Virus record (IMG/VR): IMGVR_UViG_3300012359_000001
Coordinates: 38,417 to 102,416 of that record
Length of the DNA stretch: 64,000 nucleotides
From: a virus
Lineage: Duplodnaviria; Heunggongvirae; Uroviricota; Caudoviricetes
Reading direction: 5' to 3' (one strand)
The position numbers were made by a program, and so were the translations under genes. This document shows, in pieces, positions 35,675-45,290 of this stretch (positions are counted from its first letter, which is position 1; every line of letters starts with the position of its first letter). Below the pieces are notes generated by a model. The model saw only the letters and a program-made list of their open reading frames with translations. It was not told the origin of the DNA and searched no databases.

Positions 35675-35878
35675 ATGGACAATCTGTTTGATACGCTGTA
35701 TGAGATGCTTGCAGAAGTGTCCCATCAACAAAAAATGGCTGCACTCTCTGTCGCTCACTGGCTCATACATCTGATCGATCGTGTCTACGATGACACCGCT
35801 GAGAGAGAAATACCGGTCTATATCCCGTTACATCCCATGACTTCAGGAGAAATAGACCGCGTAAAACCAAAAGAATAA
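35675..35878 (+). CDS. Hypothetical small protein
   Basis: Start set at MDNLFDTLYE after an AAGGAG RBS. Confidence 0.35.
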   Translation: MDNLFDTLYEMLAEVSHQQKMAALSVAHWLIHLIDRVYDDTAEREIPVYIPLHPMTSGEIDRVKPKE

Positions 35879-36026
35879 CTACTCTTGCCAATGGCGATAC
35901 TTCTCAGTAAGACCGTTCTCTTGTGTAGGATGGTCCCACTCTTTATTCTCGAATGCGCCACATGTGCCATATCGTGCAGGATAACAATAACGATTGCCAG
36001 TACTTGCAGAAGAAACATGGTACCTC

Positions 36027-36260
36027 CTACCAGGACATCGTGATATCATTGCGGGTCACACTACGCTGTTTCTGGATGGTGTCGATGCTGTGCTGAAGCT
36101 GTTGCCCTGTATTGGAAAGGGTACGACGGATATTCTGATACCAGTCTGCCGTTTTACTGACATCCCCGTTTGTGGGAGCAGTGAACACGATCATAAAAAT
36201 GACAATGATCGCAAAGACAGTGCCGATGAGGGGGCCGCAGCCAGATTTCTTTTGTTGCAT
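36027..36260 (-). CDS. Hypothetical small membrane-anchored protein
   Basis: N-terminal hydrophobic segment LIGTVFAIIVIFMIVF. Confidence 0.35.
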   Translation of the reverse strand: MQQKKSGCGPLIGTVFAIIVIFMIVFTAPTNGDVSKTADWYQNIRRTLSNTGQQLQHSIDTIQKQRSVTRNDITMSW

Positions 36261-36382
36261 ATGGTCCTTCTTTCTTTTGTTGTGCCAGGACCATCAGATA
36301 TACTGAGGATGCTGGCAAGTTCGGGTTAAAACGCTTTGCCGGTGCCTGCTAGGTGTTGTCGCACTCTGGCAGGTATTTGCTG

Positions 36383-37153
36383 TTACTTCCAGTAGTCTAT
36401 TTTTTCAGACATCCTGTACTCAAAACGAGTTGCATCTGCAATAGTTCGATGCAAGGCAACCACTGAATTATCAACAGAATAGTTGATACGACGCACTTCA
36501 AAGACAGGCTGAAAACGAGCCAGTTTTAATGTCTCGCACTCAGCAAATGTTGGTGGACGGGACTGGATGGTAAGATCGGTATGGTCAACTGATACACCGT
36601 ACTTCTGTTTGATAGCAAGCATCGTATCGAAGCCAGGGTCTTGACGCATCTGCTCTACAAAAACACTGGCAAGCGAAACCGGATACCAGATATGACCAAT
36701 CCTCAACGGTTGCTCATCTGTTCCCTGTAACCGTGATCGATGCACAACGTGAACACCTTCAGGGATAGCAATGTCTCCGTCTCTTTTCATAAAAAGAATA
36801 GCCACATCAGGAGGCATCGATGCAATCACAGGATCAACCAGGTTTTCTTCCACCGTCTTCAACCCTAATTTTTGTAAATGGGTTATAAAATTTGGCGTCA
36901 GACCAGGGAGAATGATCCGCAATTGTGCAACCTTGTAACGGTTACCAGCAACAGGAACAACAAGTCCTTCAGATCGTAGGATGAGCAACGCATTTGTAAC
37001 AGTCACGCGTATAGTTTTCCACTCTTTCGCAATAGAGGCGATAGAGGGAAGTATCCCTTCATTTCCGTAGTCTCCATTTTTAATCCGACTACGAAAATCA
37101 TCAGCTATCTGCTCAACTAGCGTCCCCCCTTCAGTATCACTCACTTCTTTCAA
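36383..37153 (-). CDS. GntR/HutC-family transcriptional regulator
   Basis: N-terminal GntR HTH (SIASIAKEWKTIRVTVTNALLILRSEGLV) plus a UTRA-like C-terminal domain. Confidence 0.7.
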   Translation of the reverse strand: MKEVSDTEGGTLVEQIADDFRSRIKNGDYGNEGILPSIASIAKEWKTIRVTVTNALLILRSEGLVVPVAGNRYKVAQLRIILPGLTPNFITHLQKLGLKTVEENLVDPVIASMPPDVAILFMKRDGDIAIPEGVHVVHRSRLQGTDEQPLRIGHIWYPVSLASVFVEQMRQDPGFDTMLAIKQKYGVSVDHTDLTIQSRPPTFAECETLKLARFQPVFEVRRINYSVDNSVVALHRTIADATRFEYRMSEKIDYWK

Positions 37154-37335
37154 GTCCTCTCTTAAACCTTGATATTAACTTCTCGATATGTTATACTCAA
37201 TATACCAGAGACAAAGCAGGTTTGTCAAGGGATTTTAGACAAAAAAAGAACTGATACGCAAATATCAGTTCCCTTATGACTCTGCAACACCTATGTCCTG
37301 AGAAAACGAGAGTGTTGCATTGAAAGGATTGTATC

Positions 37336-37560
37336 ATGCTTCGAGTTCCCACATCAAGCGCCTCTTCCACTCAGATTGAACGTCAGATCGAGACTGATTT
37401 ACGTCAGCATCTTGAAGACACCCCTCTTTTCTGGATTATCCGTAGCAATCGCTCTGTACAACGAACCTGGAATGAGTTGACTGAAACTGAACGTCAACAG
37501 ACTCAGGAAGCGCAAGTGCGAGCGCAGTATATTGCATTGTTTAATCCCTGTAACTGGTAG
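37336..37560 (+). CDS. Hypothetical protein
   Basis: 74-aa ORF downstream of a TTGATA, 17-nt spacer, TATACT promoter-like element at about 37172-37200. Confidence 0.35.
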   Translation: MLRVPTSSASSTQIERQIETDLRQHLEDTPLFWIIRSNRSVQRTWNELTETERQQTQEAQVRAQYIALFNPCNW

Positions 37561-37570
37561 GAGGTGGGGG

Positions 37571-37735
37571 ATGTACGTTCTAGAACGTGACGAGGAAGAC
37601 GCTACTCTCGACATGGGGAGCATTGCATTATTCATTGGCGGGTTAGATACCGTCAGCCTTGAGAACCTGGGAGCATTGATTGTATCGCTTGACCAGCAAG
37701 GCATTGAACAATTCGAGATCGAAACCACGCGGTAA
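37571..37735 (+). CDS. Hypothetical small acidic protein
   Basis: Start at MYVLERDEED after a strong GGTAGGAGGTGGGGG RBS. Confidence 0.35.
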   Translation: MYVLERDEEDATLDMGSIALFIGGLDTVSLENLGALIVSLDQQGIEQFEIETTR

Positions 37736-37739
37736 CGTT

Positions 37740-37776
37740 GGGGGTGAGTGACTATGCTCACCCCCTTTTTTATTTT
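37740..37776 (+). terminator. Rho-independent terminator
   Basis: GGGGGTGAG, loop tgactatg, CTCACCCCC, then TTTTTTATTTT. Confidence 0.7.
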
Positions 37777-37803
37777 CTTAGTAATCGCTGTAGGGGAGTT
37801 GAT

Positions 37804-38433
37804 ATGGAAGCGGACGAGTTGCCCGTAAAGAAAGCGAGAAAGCCTGATAAGAGGAGTCAGGAGCGTGGTGTATTCCCAGGCTTCAGGAGGCCCGATAGTG
37901 CTTATTTCAGTTTGCCGAATGAGTGGACAGATATCACAGCAGATATTCAGAGTTTGGCAGAATTAAAAATAGTCGAATACATTGCACGTCATACTTGGGG
38001 CTTCAATGAGTATGGAGGAAAGAAGCATATCACAACCGACGAGTTCATGCATGGCAGGTTAAAAGGCAAGGATACCCGCATGGATAGAGGTACGCAGTTA
38101 AGCGATAGGGGAGTGAAAGACGGTATAGAACTTGCTGAGAAGCATGGTTACATCGTTATCACAACTGACGAGAGCGACAAAGCACGCATCAGAAAGTACT
38201 ACGGTCTCAAGATGCTCCCTGTTGAAGTAGATGGGAAGAAACTTCCTACCAATACCTCACCAGATAGGAAGAGTCTTCCTCCCGCTAGGAACAAACTTCC
38301 CACTGGACAGGAGCACTCTTCCTATCGATCTAAGATAACCACTACAGACACACACCTGAAGAAAACCATTTCTGTTCCTCAATCACTTTCAATGGAAGAA
38401 ATAATCAGACGACAGAAAGAAGCCGCAAAATGA
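37804..38433 (+). CDS. Replisome-organizer-like replication protein (N-terminal winged-helix region)
   Basis: LAELKIVEYIARHTWGFNEYGGKKHITTDEFMHGRL resembles phage replisome organizer N-terminal domains. It immediately precedes the DnaC-like loader gene. Confidence 0.45.
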   Translation: MEADELPVKKARKPDKRSQERGVFPGFRRPDSAYFSLPNEWTDITADIQSLAELKIVEYIARHTWGFNEYGGKKHITTDEFMHGRLKGKDTRMDRGTQLSDRGVKDGIELAEKHGYIVITTDESDKARIRKYYGLKMLPVEVDGKKLPTNTSPDRKSLPPARNKLPTGQEHSSYRSKITTTDTHLKKTISVPQSLSMEEIIRRQKEAAK

Positions 38434-39095
38434 GAGATAATCCCTACGAAGAATTAATGCAACGGCAGGAGAGACAGCGTAAGCAGCAATCGTGCGTCAG
38501 GTGCTATACATGGCTGAGAGAAGACCTGGACATCTTACGAGAGAAAACATTCGAGAACTACCAGCGTGATCTCTTCCCATCGGCCTATGACCGCCTCCTG
38601 GCATTTACTCAGCATAAAGACGAACAAGACGTGGCGATTGCACCCCGCGAGAACTTTATCATCTTTGGAGGATATGGAACTGGCAAAACACACCTGCTTA
38701 CAGCGACACTGAACAAATTGTGCAAGAGGCTGGTACCGTGCCGCTTCATGACCGGTCAAGGTTTGTTTGATGCTATCACCAGGGCCATCGGGAACCATGA
38801 ACAGTATCAGGGATACCTTGATGACGCCGGCAGTATACCCGTGCTGGCAATCGATGACATTGACAAGGTTCACATACCAGCAGCAACCAGAGGGACTGAA
38901 GATAACTTTCAGGTCAAGACGTTCTTCGCTATTCTCAATAAGCGCTACATGAAGAGACTGCCAACGCTCATCACGACCAATGCAATGGATATCACCCCGT
39001 ATGTAGGAGGTGCTTCGTTCTCACGATTGAAGGAATGCGGCAACTTTGTAAGCATGGAAGGGAAGGATTTTCGAGATAGCCTGATCCACTGGTAG
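38430..39095 (+). CDS. DnaC/IstB-like helicase loader ATPase
   Basis: Walker A IIFGGYGTGKTHLL. Walker B VLAIDDIDK. Confidence 0.7.
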   Translation: MRDNPYEELMQRQERQRKQQSCVRCYTWLREDLDILREKTFENYQRDLFPSAYDRLLAFTQHKDEQDVAIAPRENFIIFGGYGTGKTHLLTATLNKLCKRLVPCRFMTGQGLFDAITRAIGNHEQYQGYLDDAGSIPVLAIDDIDKVHIPAATRGTEDNFQVKTFFAILNKRYMKRLPTLITTNAMDITPYVGGASFSRLKECGNFVSMEGKDFRDSLIHW

Positions 39096-39144
39096 AAACA
39101 GAGGAAGGAAGCAGAGATATCACACTCTGCTTCCTTCGTTGTTA

Positions 39145-39603
39145 TCAATCGCGGGATCGTTGCTTCTTCGGATCGAGGGAGACCACAAGATAGCCCATGT
39201 TGATCAGCGATTTCACGTCAATCCCGAACGGGCGAATCTTGAGGCGTATCCGTCCTAAGAGATTGCGGATAGGACGGATAACCACATCTACCTCTTTATT
39301 GTCCACACCCCATATCACCCTTTCTCGACACTTTTCGATACTCTTGCCAGTCATAACCGACAAGATCTCTTCGTACTGGCTGTAGTCAGGGTAGGATTTG
39401 AGCATCACATCAAGCACATACATCTCACCAGGGCTGAGCAGTTGTTGATGGATAGGAGTAGCATCTTCAATATTAATCAGTGAGATGATACCAAACTCGA
39501 AGTTAAGCCAGAGTTGATGATGCTCTGGCAATAACAGCATAATATTTTTGTAGCAAACAATCTTTTGTGTCTCTATCGGCTGAGCGGCAGGAGCGTGGTT
39601 CAT
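39145..39603 (-). CDS. Hypothetical protein, possible regulator
   Basis: ORF with start set at MNHAPAAQ, abutting the upstream gene. Confidence 0.3.
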   Translation of the reverse strand: MNHAPAAQPIETQKIVCYKNIMLLLPEHHQLWLNFEFGIISLINIEDATPIHQQLLSPGEMYVLDVMLKSYPDYSQYEEILSVMTGKSIEKCRERVIWGVDNKEVDVVIRPIRNLLGRIRLKIRPFGIDVKSLINMGYLVVSLDPKKQRSRD

Positions 39604-39818
39604 CGTCCCACCTCGCGCCTGACTTCTATTGCCCACCCTTCAATATGCACTACAAACGGGGATATATCGTCATGGGCACGAAACTGGATATGATCGAGGA
39701 TACCGCTAGGGTGTGACTCCCAGGTCTCATGCTCGAAAGTGAGTGAAAAGGGATGGTCACACGTCACATCCCAGATATTCCCTTCAGCAATCGGTATTCG
39801 CTTAACAGTAAAGTTCAT
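39600..39818 (-). CDS. Hypothetical protein
   Basis: 72-aa ORF in an operon of abutting genes. Confidence 0.3.
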   Translation of the reverse strand: MNFTVKRIPIAEGNIWDVTCDHPFSLTFEHETWESHPSGILDHIQFRAHDDISPFVVHIEGWAIEVRREVGR

Positions 39819-40051
39819 ACCGTCGCCTCGCTCTCAAGAAGTGAGTACTGCACGTTGTCGAGGATGACCGTCACTACCTCGAATAGTTCGTCAGGCAAAA
39901 ACGGGCGTGTGCTCTCTAATGCCTGTGAAAGTATTTCAATCAGCGGGATATCGGGGTGAGAAAACGCCAGATTATTTAAGGCGTCTCGTGATTGCAGGCG
40001 TCGGACCTGCTCAACGACAGGAGAATGCTGTAGAATATTTACGCTGGACAT
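39815..40051 (-). CDS. Hypothetical protein
   Basis: 78-aa ORF. Confidence 0.3.
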   Translation of the reverse strand: MSSVNILQHSPVVEQVRRLQSRDALNNLAFSHPDIPLIEILSQALESTRPFLPDELFEVVTVILDNVQYSLLESEATV

Positions 40052-40122
40052 GAAACGATCCTTTCTTGTCTGGTAGTGTTGGAGTAGATTTCGACTACTC
40101 CAACAGCTTCATTTTTGTGATG

Positions 40123-40497
40123 TCACGCTTGCAATTCGCGTAGCTCGCGTGCGAACGTTTCTGCCATTGCATTCTGACGAGGATCGCCAGTTGCAACGAA
40201 AGCGTTACGCCATTCGCGCCATACAGGAATTGCAACAGAGACATCACCTTCCCCTGGATCGAGTTGAGCGGCGATTGTTGCCAACTCTTCACAGGTCTTT
40301 CTACGGGCGGCAATACGCACATCGTCTTCGTTCTGTGGTGCAGCCAGCACAAACCACGCGGATGCAAGATCCGCAAGGGACAGATCTTCAGGGATATATG
40401 ACTGCAACTGTACCAGAGTACCTGCCGTGGCATTGGCACGCGGGGAAGGCTGCAACTGAGATCGGACATCTTCAACGAACTGCTCAAAGTTTTCCAT
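40123..40497 (-). CDS. Hypothetical protein
   Basis: 124-aa ORF. Confidence 0.35.
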   Translation of the reverse strand: MENFEQFVEDVRSQLQPSPRANATAGTLVQLQSYIPEDLSLADLASAWFVLAAPQNEDDVRIAARRKTCEELATIAAQLDPGEGDVSVAIPVWREWRNAFVATGDPRQNAMAETFARELRELQA

Positions 40498-40524
40498 AAT
40501 TTTTGCTCACTTTCTTTGGTAGTG

Positions 40525-40773
40525 TTAGACATTTTGCTCAGAAGTTCTGAGCAGTTCTCGTACGTATTCTTCGTCGGAAGACCATGCATCAGGATCTTTC
40601 TCAAGTTTTGAGACAATTGCCGTTGCTGCCTCTATCTCAGTATCAAAACTTGAGTAATATGTATTCAAATCACAAAGACGTGCTCCCCATTCAGGGGTCT
40701 TCTCATGAATTTTTAGTTCATGAGATCCGGTATCATCATCATTCCAATAGCGATCAGTCACACAATAACTCAT
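40525..40773 (-). CDS. Hypothetical acidic protein
   Basis: 82-aa ORF. Confidence 0.3.
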   Translation of the reverse strand: MSYCVTDRYWNDDDTGSHELKIHEKTPEWGARLCDLNTYYSSFDTEIEAATAIVSKLEKDPDAWSSDEEYVRELLRTSEQNV

Positions 40774-40790
40774 GATATTTTCGCCTTTCT

Positions 40791-41324
40791 TTATGCCGCT
40801 AACTCTTCGCTAGCAGCACACTTCTCAACTATTTTCTGTAGGAGTATTCCTTTGCTCCAACTTTCAATAAATGCTAATGCCACAAGACCAGCATTAAACT
40901 GCATTTCGACTTCACTCCACACGCGCCCATTGGCTTCAGGCAAACCTGCGTCTTCCCCGTACAGTGCATGGAAAGAGACTTGCCCAACAGACGTTTCGAT
41001 ATAGACAATACCGTCAACTTGCCAACACTCAGGATGGAATGCCGTTGCAAGATTGATAAGTACTGGCTTATGTTCGTACAATTCACAGTCATAGCATTTT
41101 GCCGCACAATTACAGCAATTGGCTAAAACTGCTAGTCCATCTGGACTTTCAAGGAAACACTCTACATAGTCAGTCAGATCGAAGTACGCCAATATTTCGA
41201 GAGCCACTGAACGTAGTTCCTCGCGGTCTTCTTCCACTTGCGCCATCTCTGCCTGCATCACTTGCAAGTCAGACTCGGATTGTTCACATTCTCGATGGAA
41301 TGTATTGCGTTCAGTGGCTCTCAT
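40791..41324 (-). CDS. Hypothetical Cys-rich protein
   Basis: 177-aa ORF with a CCNCAAKCYDC cluster. Confidence 0.35.
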   Translation of the reverse strand: MRATERNTFHRECEQSESDLQVMQAEMAQVEEDREELRSVALEILAYFDLTDYVECFLESPDGLAVLANCCNCAAKCYDCELYEHKPVLINLATAFHPECWQVDGIVYIETSVGQVSFHALYGEDAGLPEANGRVWSEVEMQFNAGLVALAFIESWSKGILLQKIVEKCAASEELAA

Positions 41325-41327
41325 GAC

Positions 41328-41657
41328 TTACTCCTCTGGAAACAATTCATCCAACATTACTTTATTGGCAAAGCCAAAGATTTTTGCCACTTCATGCCCC
41401 TCCCACGGGGTACAAAAATCTTGCCAGGGTGTAGCGTAGATGTCTTCCTCAGGCAACTTCCTCCATATGGGTGTGTGTGTCTCGATATCGAGACACACAC
41501 CATAGGCACCATGACTCTCGAAATCGATACGAGCTTCACCGTTCACATAGGCAAAGCCGTTTTCAAAATCAAAATCCTTGAGCCACTCCTCGGGGAAAGC
41601 ACAGGGAGCCATTCCCTTGAAACAGGATATAAATTGACGAGCCATTTTACTTCTCAC
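41328..41657 (-). CDS. Hypothetical protein
   Basis: 109-aa ORF. Confidence 0.3.
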   Translation of the reverse strand: MRSKMARQFISCFKGMAPCAFPEEWLKDFDFENGFAYVNGEARIDFESHGAYGVCLDIETHTPIWRKLPEEDIYATPWQDFCTPWEGHEVAKIFGFANKVMLDELFPEE

Positions 41658-41919
41658 TTCCTTTGTTGGCTTGCGCTTTCTCGCTCAGCCAGTCTCGTAT
41701 TTCAACATCTTTCATTGGTAGCAGCAATCGATAAATGCCGGTTATTGCTGCTTTTTTTGCCAGATCTACACAATTCTGGTCTGTTGGTTCCTGACCATAC
41801 TGCTGTAAAATCATGCGTAAGAGTGCCATGTCTTCCGCTTTGATGTAAAGGCTGATTGTCTTGCCGGTATCAGCCTTCTTAGCGTAGGTATTGCCTTCAG
41901 GCGCTCCGGTGCCAGCCAT
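41647..41919 (-). CDS. Hypothetical protein
   Basis: 90-aa ORF. Confidence 0.3.
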   Translation of the reverse strand: MAGTGAPEGNTYAKKADTGKTISLYIKAEDMALLRMILQQYGQEPTDQNCVDLAKKAAITGIYRLLLPMKDVEIRDWLSEKAQANKGSEK

Positions 41920-42203
41920 TACTCCTCCGCGCCATCTTCGTCTTCATCGGTGGTATATCCGAGCGCGTTTATGACGCGCACAGCGTCCGTTACGCAACTA
42001 ACGAACACATATTCAACATCTTCTGCTGGCGTACCACCGTAGATATTGCCACGCCTCTCTTGAGGATCAAAGTCAAGATTGGCATCACGTAACGCATTGT
42101 AGACTTTCTGCATATCAACAGATGTGGCATAGTGGTTGCGATAAATCTCAATCTCTGTAAGCATTGTCATATATCCTTTCAACTTCTGTACTCTCAATTC
42201 CAT
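41919..42203 (-). CDS. Hypothetical protein (first gene of the leftward early operon)
   Basis: 94-aa ORF next to the divergent promoter region. Confidence 0.3.
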   Translation of the reverse strand: MELRVQKLKGYMTMLTEIEIYRNHYATSVDMQKVYNALRDANLDFDPQERRGNIYGGTPAEDVEYVFVSCVTDAVRVINALGYTTDEDEDGAEE

Positions 42204-42318
42204 ATTAGAATACTAACAGATTTCTAACAGATTGTCAATGCTTTTCCGTACCAGTTTCCGTACTTGCTTCCTGCTCAACTTGAAATCACTATTTATTCAT
42301 CCTTTTCTATAGCCACGA

Positions 42319-42347
42319 TTGACAAATGGACAACTCACAATTATACT
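42319..42347 (+). promoter_or_regulatory. Sigma70-like promoter: TTGACA, 17-nt spacer, TATACT
   Basis: TTGACA at 42319-42324. 17-nt spacer. TATACT at 42342-42347. Direct repeats CTAACAGATT x2 and TTCCGTAC x2 lie upstream at 42215-42270. Confidence 0.5.
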
Positions 42348-42404
42348 TTGTTGTAACAAATGTAGTACAAGATTGTAATGTATGTAGCAAGGGAGGAGTA
42401 TTTT

Positions 42405-43004
42405 ATGCAACCGAAGTATATTGAACTGTTTTACAATGATCTCGTGAGTGTTGCGCTACGAGAGATAGTTAGTGGGTATTACTGGCAGGGGCATCCTGTT
42501 GAGGTGGCATTGCAAGTATTAGAGCAACAAGCAAGAGAGCGACATCTCGTCTTTCGTACCACTGGCACTACTTCATACTTTCGCCTTATTCCTATTGAAC
42601 AGACAATGCTCCCATCAAAGAGGAGTATACTCATTATTGGTCGTGAGAAGGTCATGAGTGCCTTGCTCTTTTTGATGCTCATCCGCGGCGGGTATACTGT
42701 CTCAACAACCTCTGACGTAGCTGAGGTTGCGTTATTGAGCCATACGTACAGACCTGATCTGATTATTTATGATCTGGATACAATTTCACTAGAAAGTATT
42801 GAGTTGTGTATTGCTGATATTCCGCAACTCGCCATGAGTAGTACGCGTATTGCAGGACTCAAGAAGCCATTCACGCAACAAAAGTTATTGCATGAAGTAG
42901 AACAAATATTCAAGGAGAACGGACATGGAAGGGACAGAAAAGATATTCAATGCATTGATGCAAACCGTCCGTCGAGAGGAACAAGACGGGCACCCATTAG
43001 ATAG
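42405..43004 (+). CDS. Protein with a receiver (REC)-like domain lacking the acidic pocket (pseudo-receiver)
   Basis: SILIIGREK..(GR replaces the DD pair)..PDLIIYDLDT...KKPF fits a CheY-like fold. GGGAGGAG RBS before the ATG at 42405. Confidence 0.45.
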   Translation: MQPKYIELFYNDLVSVALREIVSGYYWQGHPVEVALQVLEQQARERHLVFRTTGTTSYFRLIPIEQTMLPSKRSILIIGREKVMSALLFLMLIRGGYTVSTTSDVAEVALLSHTYRPDLIIYDLDTISLESIELCIADIPQLAMSSTRIAGLKKPFTQQKLLHEVEQIFKENGHGRDRKDIQCIDANRPSRGTRRAPIR

Positions 43005-43167
43005 AGATCATCCTGTTGAGCAATTCCTGAGCAAAATGGAATATCAAGCAGGCTTAGATGGATGGATATACAAAGAGGCGCAACCTGGATATTTTCAACT
43101 CGTGGGGATGGATGAAGAGGAGTTTGAGGCATTCAAGCAACTGGTATCGGGCAACATCCATCCATGA
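42925..43167 (+). CDS. Hypothetical protein (overlaps the previous gene's 3' end in another frame)
   Basis: 80-aa ORF. Confidence 0.25.
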   Translation: MEGTEKIFNALMQTVRREEQDGHPLDRDHPVEQFLSKMEYQAGLDGWIYKEAQPGYFQLVGMDEEEFEAFKQLVSGNIHP

Positions 43168-43193
43168 TAGATAGGTACTTTTGGCATCGGTAT

Positions 43194-43835
43194 CTATACT
43201 GAGTAAGAGAGTTGCACGAAAATACCTGTCAAAAGATTAACACGTCCTCTACCTCCTTGTGTCCAGAGTGTACCAATTCCAACACGGAAGAGATCACCCT
43301 GTCCTCTTGCCTGATAGAAGGATTGCATCTCACATATGAGTGGTAGTAACTCCCCTGTATGCCTGATATAGCCCTTGACTTCCCACCCTTGAATTGTAGG
43401 TACCCATACATAGGGCTTGCTGTGATACTCATCCCACAACCGGTATGCCATACCGGTTGTCCATTGTTGCCGTTGTCGAACAATGCTGGCTTTTCCATCT
43501 GTAATCGGCTTCTCACAACACAAGTCCATCATAGCCGCCCACTCAGGACGGATTGCATCAAGCCACTGCACATATTGCTCTACACTATATTTGTACTCGC
43601 CTCCCCACTTCTTTGCGGCAACGAACCCTCCACAGTCAGCGGCAATATGGGTCATGCAGTCAGGTAAGCGAGGGACCGGTATACGTCCAATGACGTGATC
43701 GGTTGGCAAGCCACGTTTCTCTTGATTGCGTAAGGCACTGCCAGCCCAGGACGATGCTGGCAACAGAGCGCAAGGGATGAGACTGTACTTGCCTATCTCC
43801 CCACAAGAGACGGTTGGATAAAATGTGATGCTCAT
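43194..43835 (-). CDS. Hypothetical protein with weak tRNA-guanine-transglycosylase/DpdA-like motifs
   Basis: HIAADCGGFVAAKKW versus the TGT motif LTDSGGFQ. GQGDLFRVGIGT versus GxDMFDCVxPTR. Low-confidence resemblance only. Confidence 0.3.
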   Translation of the reverse strand: MSITFYPTVSCGEIGKYSLIPCALLPASSWAGSALRNQEKRGLPTDHVIGRIPVPRLPDCMTHIAADCGGFVAAKKWGGEYKYSVEQYVQWLDAIRPEWAAMMDLCCEKPITDGKASIVRQRQQWTTGMAYRLWDEYHSKPYVWVPTIQGWEVKGYIRHTGELLPLICEMQSFYQARGQGDLFRVGIGTLWTQGGRGRVNLLTGIFVQLSYSV

Positions 43836-44152
43836 ACCTTTGCCCCTGGCAACGTTGCCCCGATGCCTAGCAATTCGTTGAGGGCATACCAGCGATCGTG
43901 CATCTCTGTGTAGTCCAATCCTTCCAATCGTTTTCTCGCATTTGCTTGCTTATGAAACGAAAGGGTACTCAGCAATACCCCAAAAAACTCACCACACTGG
44001 CAAGGAGTGGCATTACCGAGTGTTGTTATCCCATTAGGAATTACAAAAACCATGAGGCCCTCAGCGTCTTCGTACGAGTATTTCGGACCCGTCCCGTTGA
44101 CACACTGCCCCTTGAGCCACTTTCCATTGTGTCCCTGAATTGCAGCCATCAC
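43832..44152 (-). CDS. Hypothetical protein
   Basis: 106-aa ORF. Confidence 0.3.
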   Translation of the reverse strand: MMAAIQGHNGKWLKGQCVNGTGPKYSYEDAEGLMVFVIPNGITTLGNATPCQCGEFFGVLLSTLSFHKQANARKRLEGLDYTEMHDRWYALNELLGIGATLPGAKV

Positions 44153-44541
44153 GCGACCCCCTTCGTGCCATACATCCCGCCGTACTCCTGCTCCAACTTT
44201 GCCGCAACCATCTTGGCATGCTCAGGGGTTGCACGCTCGCAATAGGCAAGCCAGTTATGATAGCCTTGCCTGATGAAGAACCCGCCTGCATCCTCCTCTT
44301 CCATACGCTTTGTTTCCCCATTCCACCGTTTTTGTGTGAATATCATTTCCAACTCAGGGCATCCATAATAGCGTGCCTGTTCTAGCAACCGTGCAGCATG
44401 TGCATGTTCCTTGCAAAAGCCGCTCTCACCTGCTGTATTGGTACAGGCTGTGATGCGCCGTGGAAAGACGGTAGAAGGCTGCGTGATCTCGAACTGGCAG
44501 CACGACTCTTGCTTGATTGCTACTCCAAAGAGGTATTTCAT
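44149..44541 (-). CDS. Hypothetical Cys-rich protein
   Basis: 130-aa ORF. Confidence 0.3.
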   Translation of the reverse strand: MKYLFGVAIKQESCCQFEITQPSTVFPRRITACTNTAGESGFCKEHAHAARLLEQARYYGCPELEMIFTQKRWNGETKRMEEEDAGGFFIRQGYHNWLAYCERATPEHAKMVAAKLEQEYGGMYGTKGVA

Positions 44542-45290
44542 GCCTCTTGCTCACTTTCTGGCATATCCCACGGTGGGGTATCATCTTCATTGGTTACAGG
44601 TGCCTGCTTGCGCAACTCTTCGCTGACATGCTGTAACTGCATTCGTTTAAGTCGAGAGGCAGCCTGCACTACAGACCTTGCTTGCGTCACTTCGTCACGA
44701 GAGAGGATATACATCGCCTCCTCACGGCATCTTAAAACGGCAGGGTGTAACTCAGGAGGCACATCAAGAGACTGATTAGGAACAGGTTTCTGAGCAGTAA
44801 AGGCAAGGAGTAATTGGTACAGCATTCGTGTATCTTCTCTCGTAAAATCATCGGGCGCAATAATGCCGCATACGTGAGAAGTAAGGCTTGTTGCCTCAAG
44901 GAGAAGCCCAACAAGTAGATCCTCCCAGGTCTGCACGGTCACTTTCTTGTTTTTGCGTACCACCGTTGGATCAGGGTATAAAGCGTGCCCTGTCTTATCC
45001 ATGAGATCAGATTGCTCCACTTTGGAATGGAAGTGTTCATGACACGATTCGCAAAGCGTGGTTAAGTCATTCAAGTCTTCGCGCCCACGTCGTTGGTATG
45101 TGCGATGATGCACCTCTAACTTTTCATTGCTATAACAAAGTCGGCAACGATGATCATCACGGATAAGCGTTTGTTTCCGTTTCTCTGCCCATTCAGGCGT
45201 TCGTAAGTACTCGGCATACGGCATACGTGCTAACTGCTCTTTGCGCTGCTCATTAACAGTCAAACGAGAGAACCATTCAGGATCATTCAT
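44538..45290 (-). CDS. HNH endonuclease domain protein
   Basis: DDHRCRLCYSNEKLEVHHRTYQRRGREDLNDLTTLCESCHEHFH is an HNH motif. Start probably at MNDPEWF (45290). Confidence 0.7.
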   Translation of the reverse strand: MNDPEWFSRLTVNEQRKEQLARMPYAEYLRTPEWAEKRKQTLIRDDHRCRLCYSNEKLEVHHRTYQRRGREDLNDLTTLCESCHEHFHSKVEQSDLMDKTGHALYPDPTVVRKNKKVTVQTWEDLLVGLLLEATSLTSHVCGIIAPDDFTREDTRMLYQLLLAFTAQKPVPNQSLDVPPELHPAVLRCREEAMYILSRDEVTQARSVVQAASRLKRMQLQHVSEELRKQAPVTNEDDTPPWDMPESEQEA

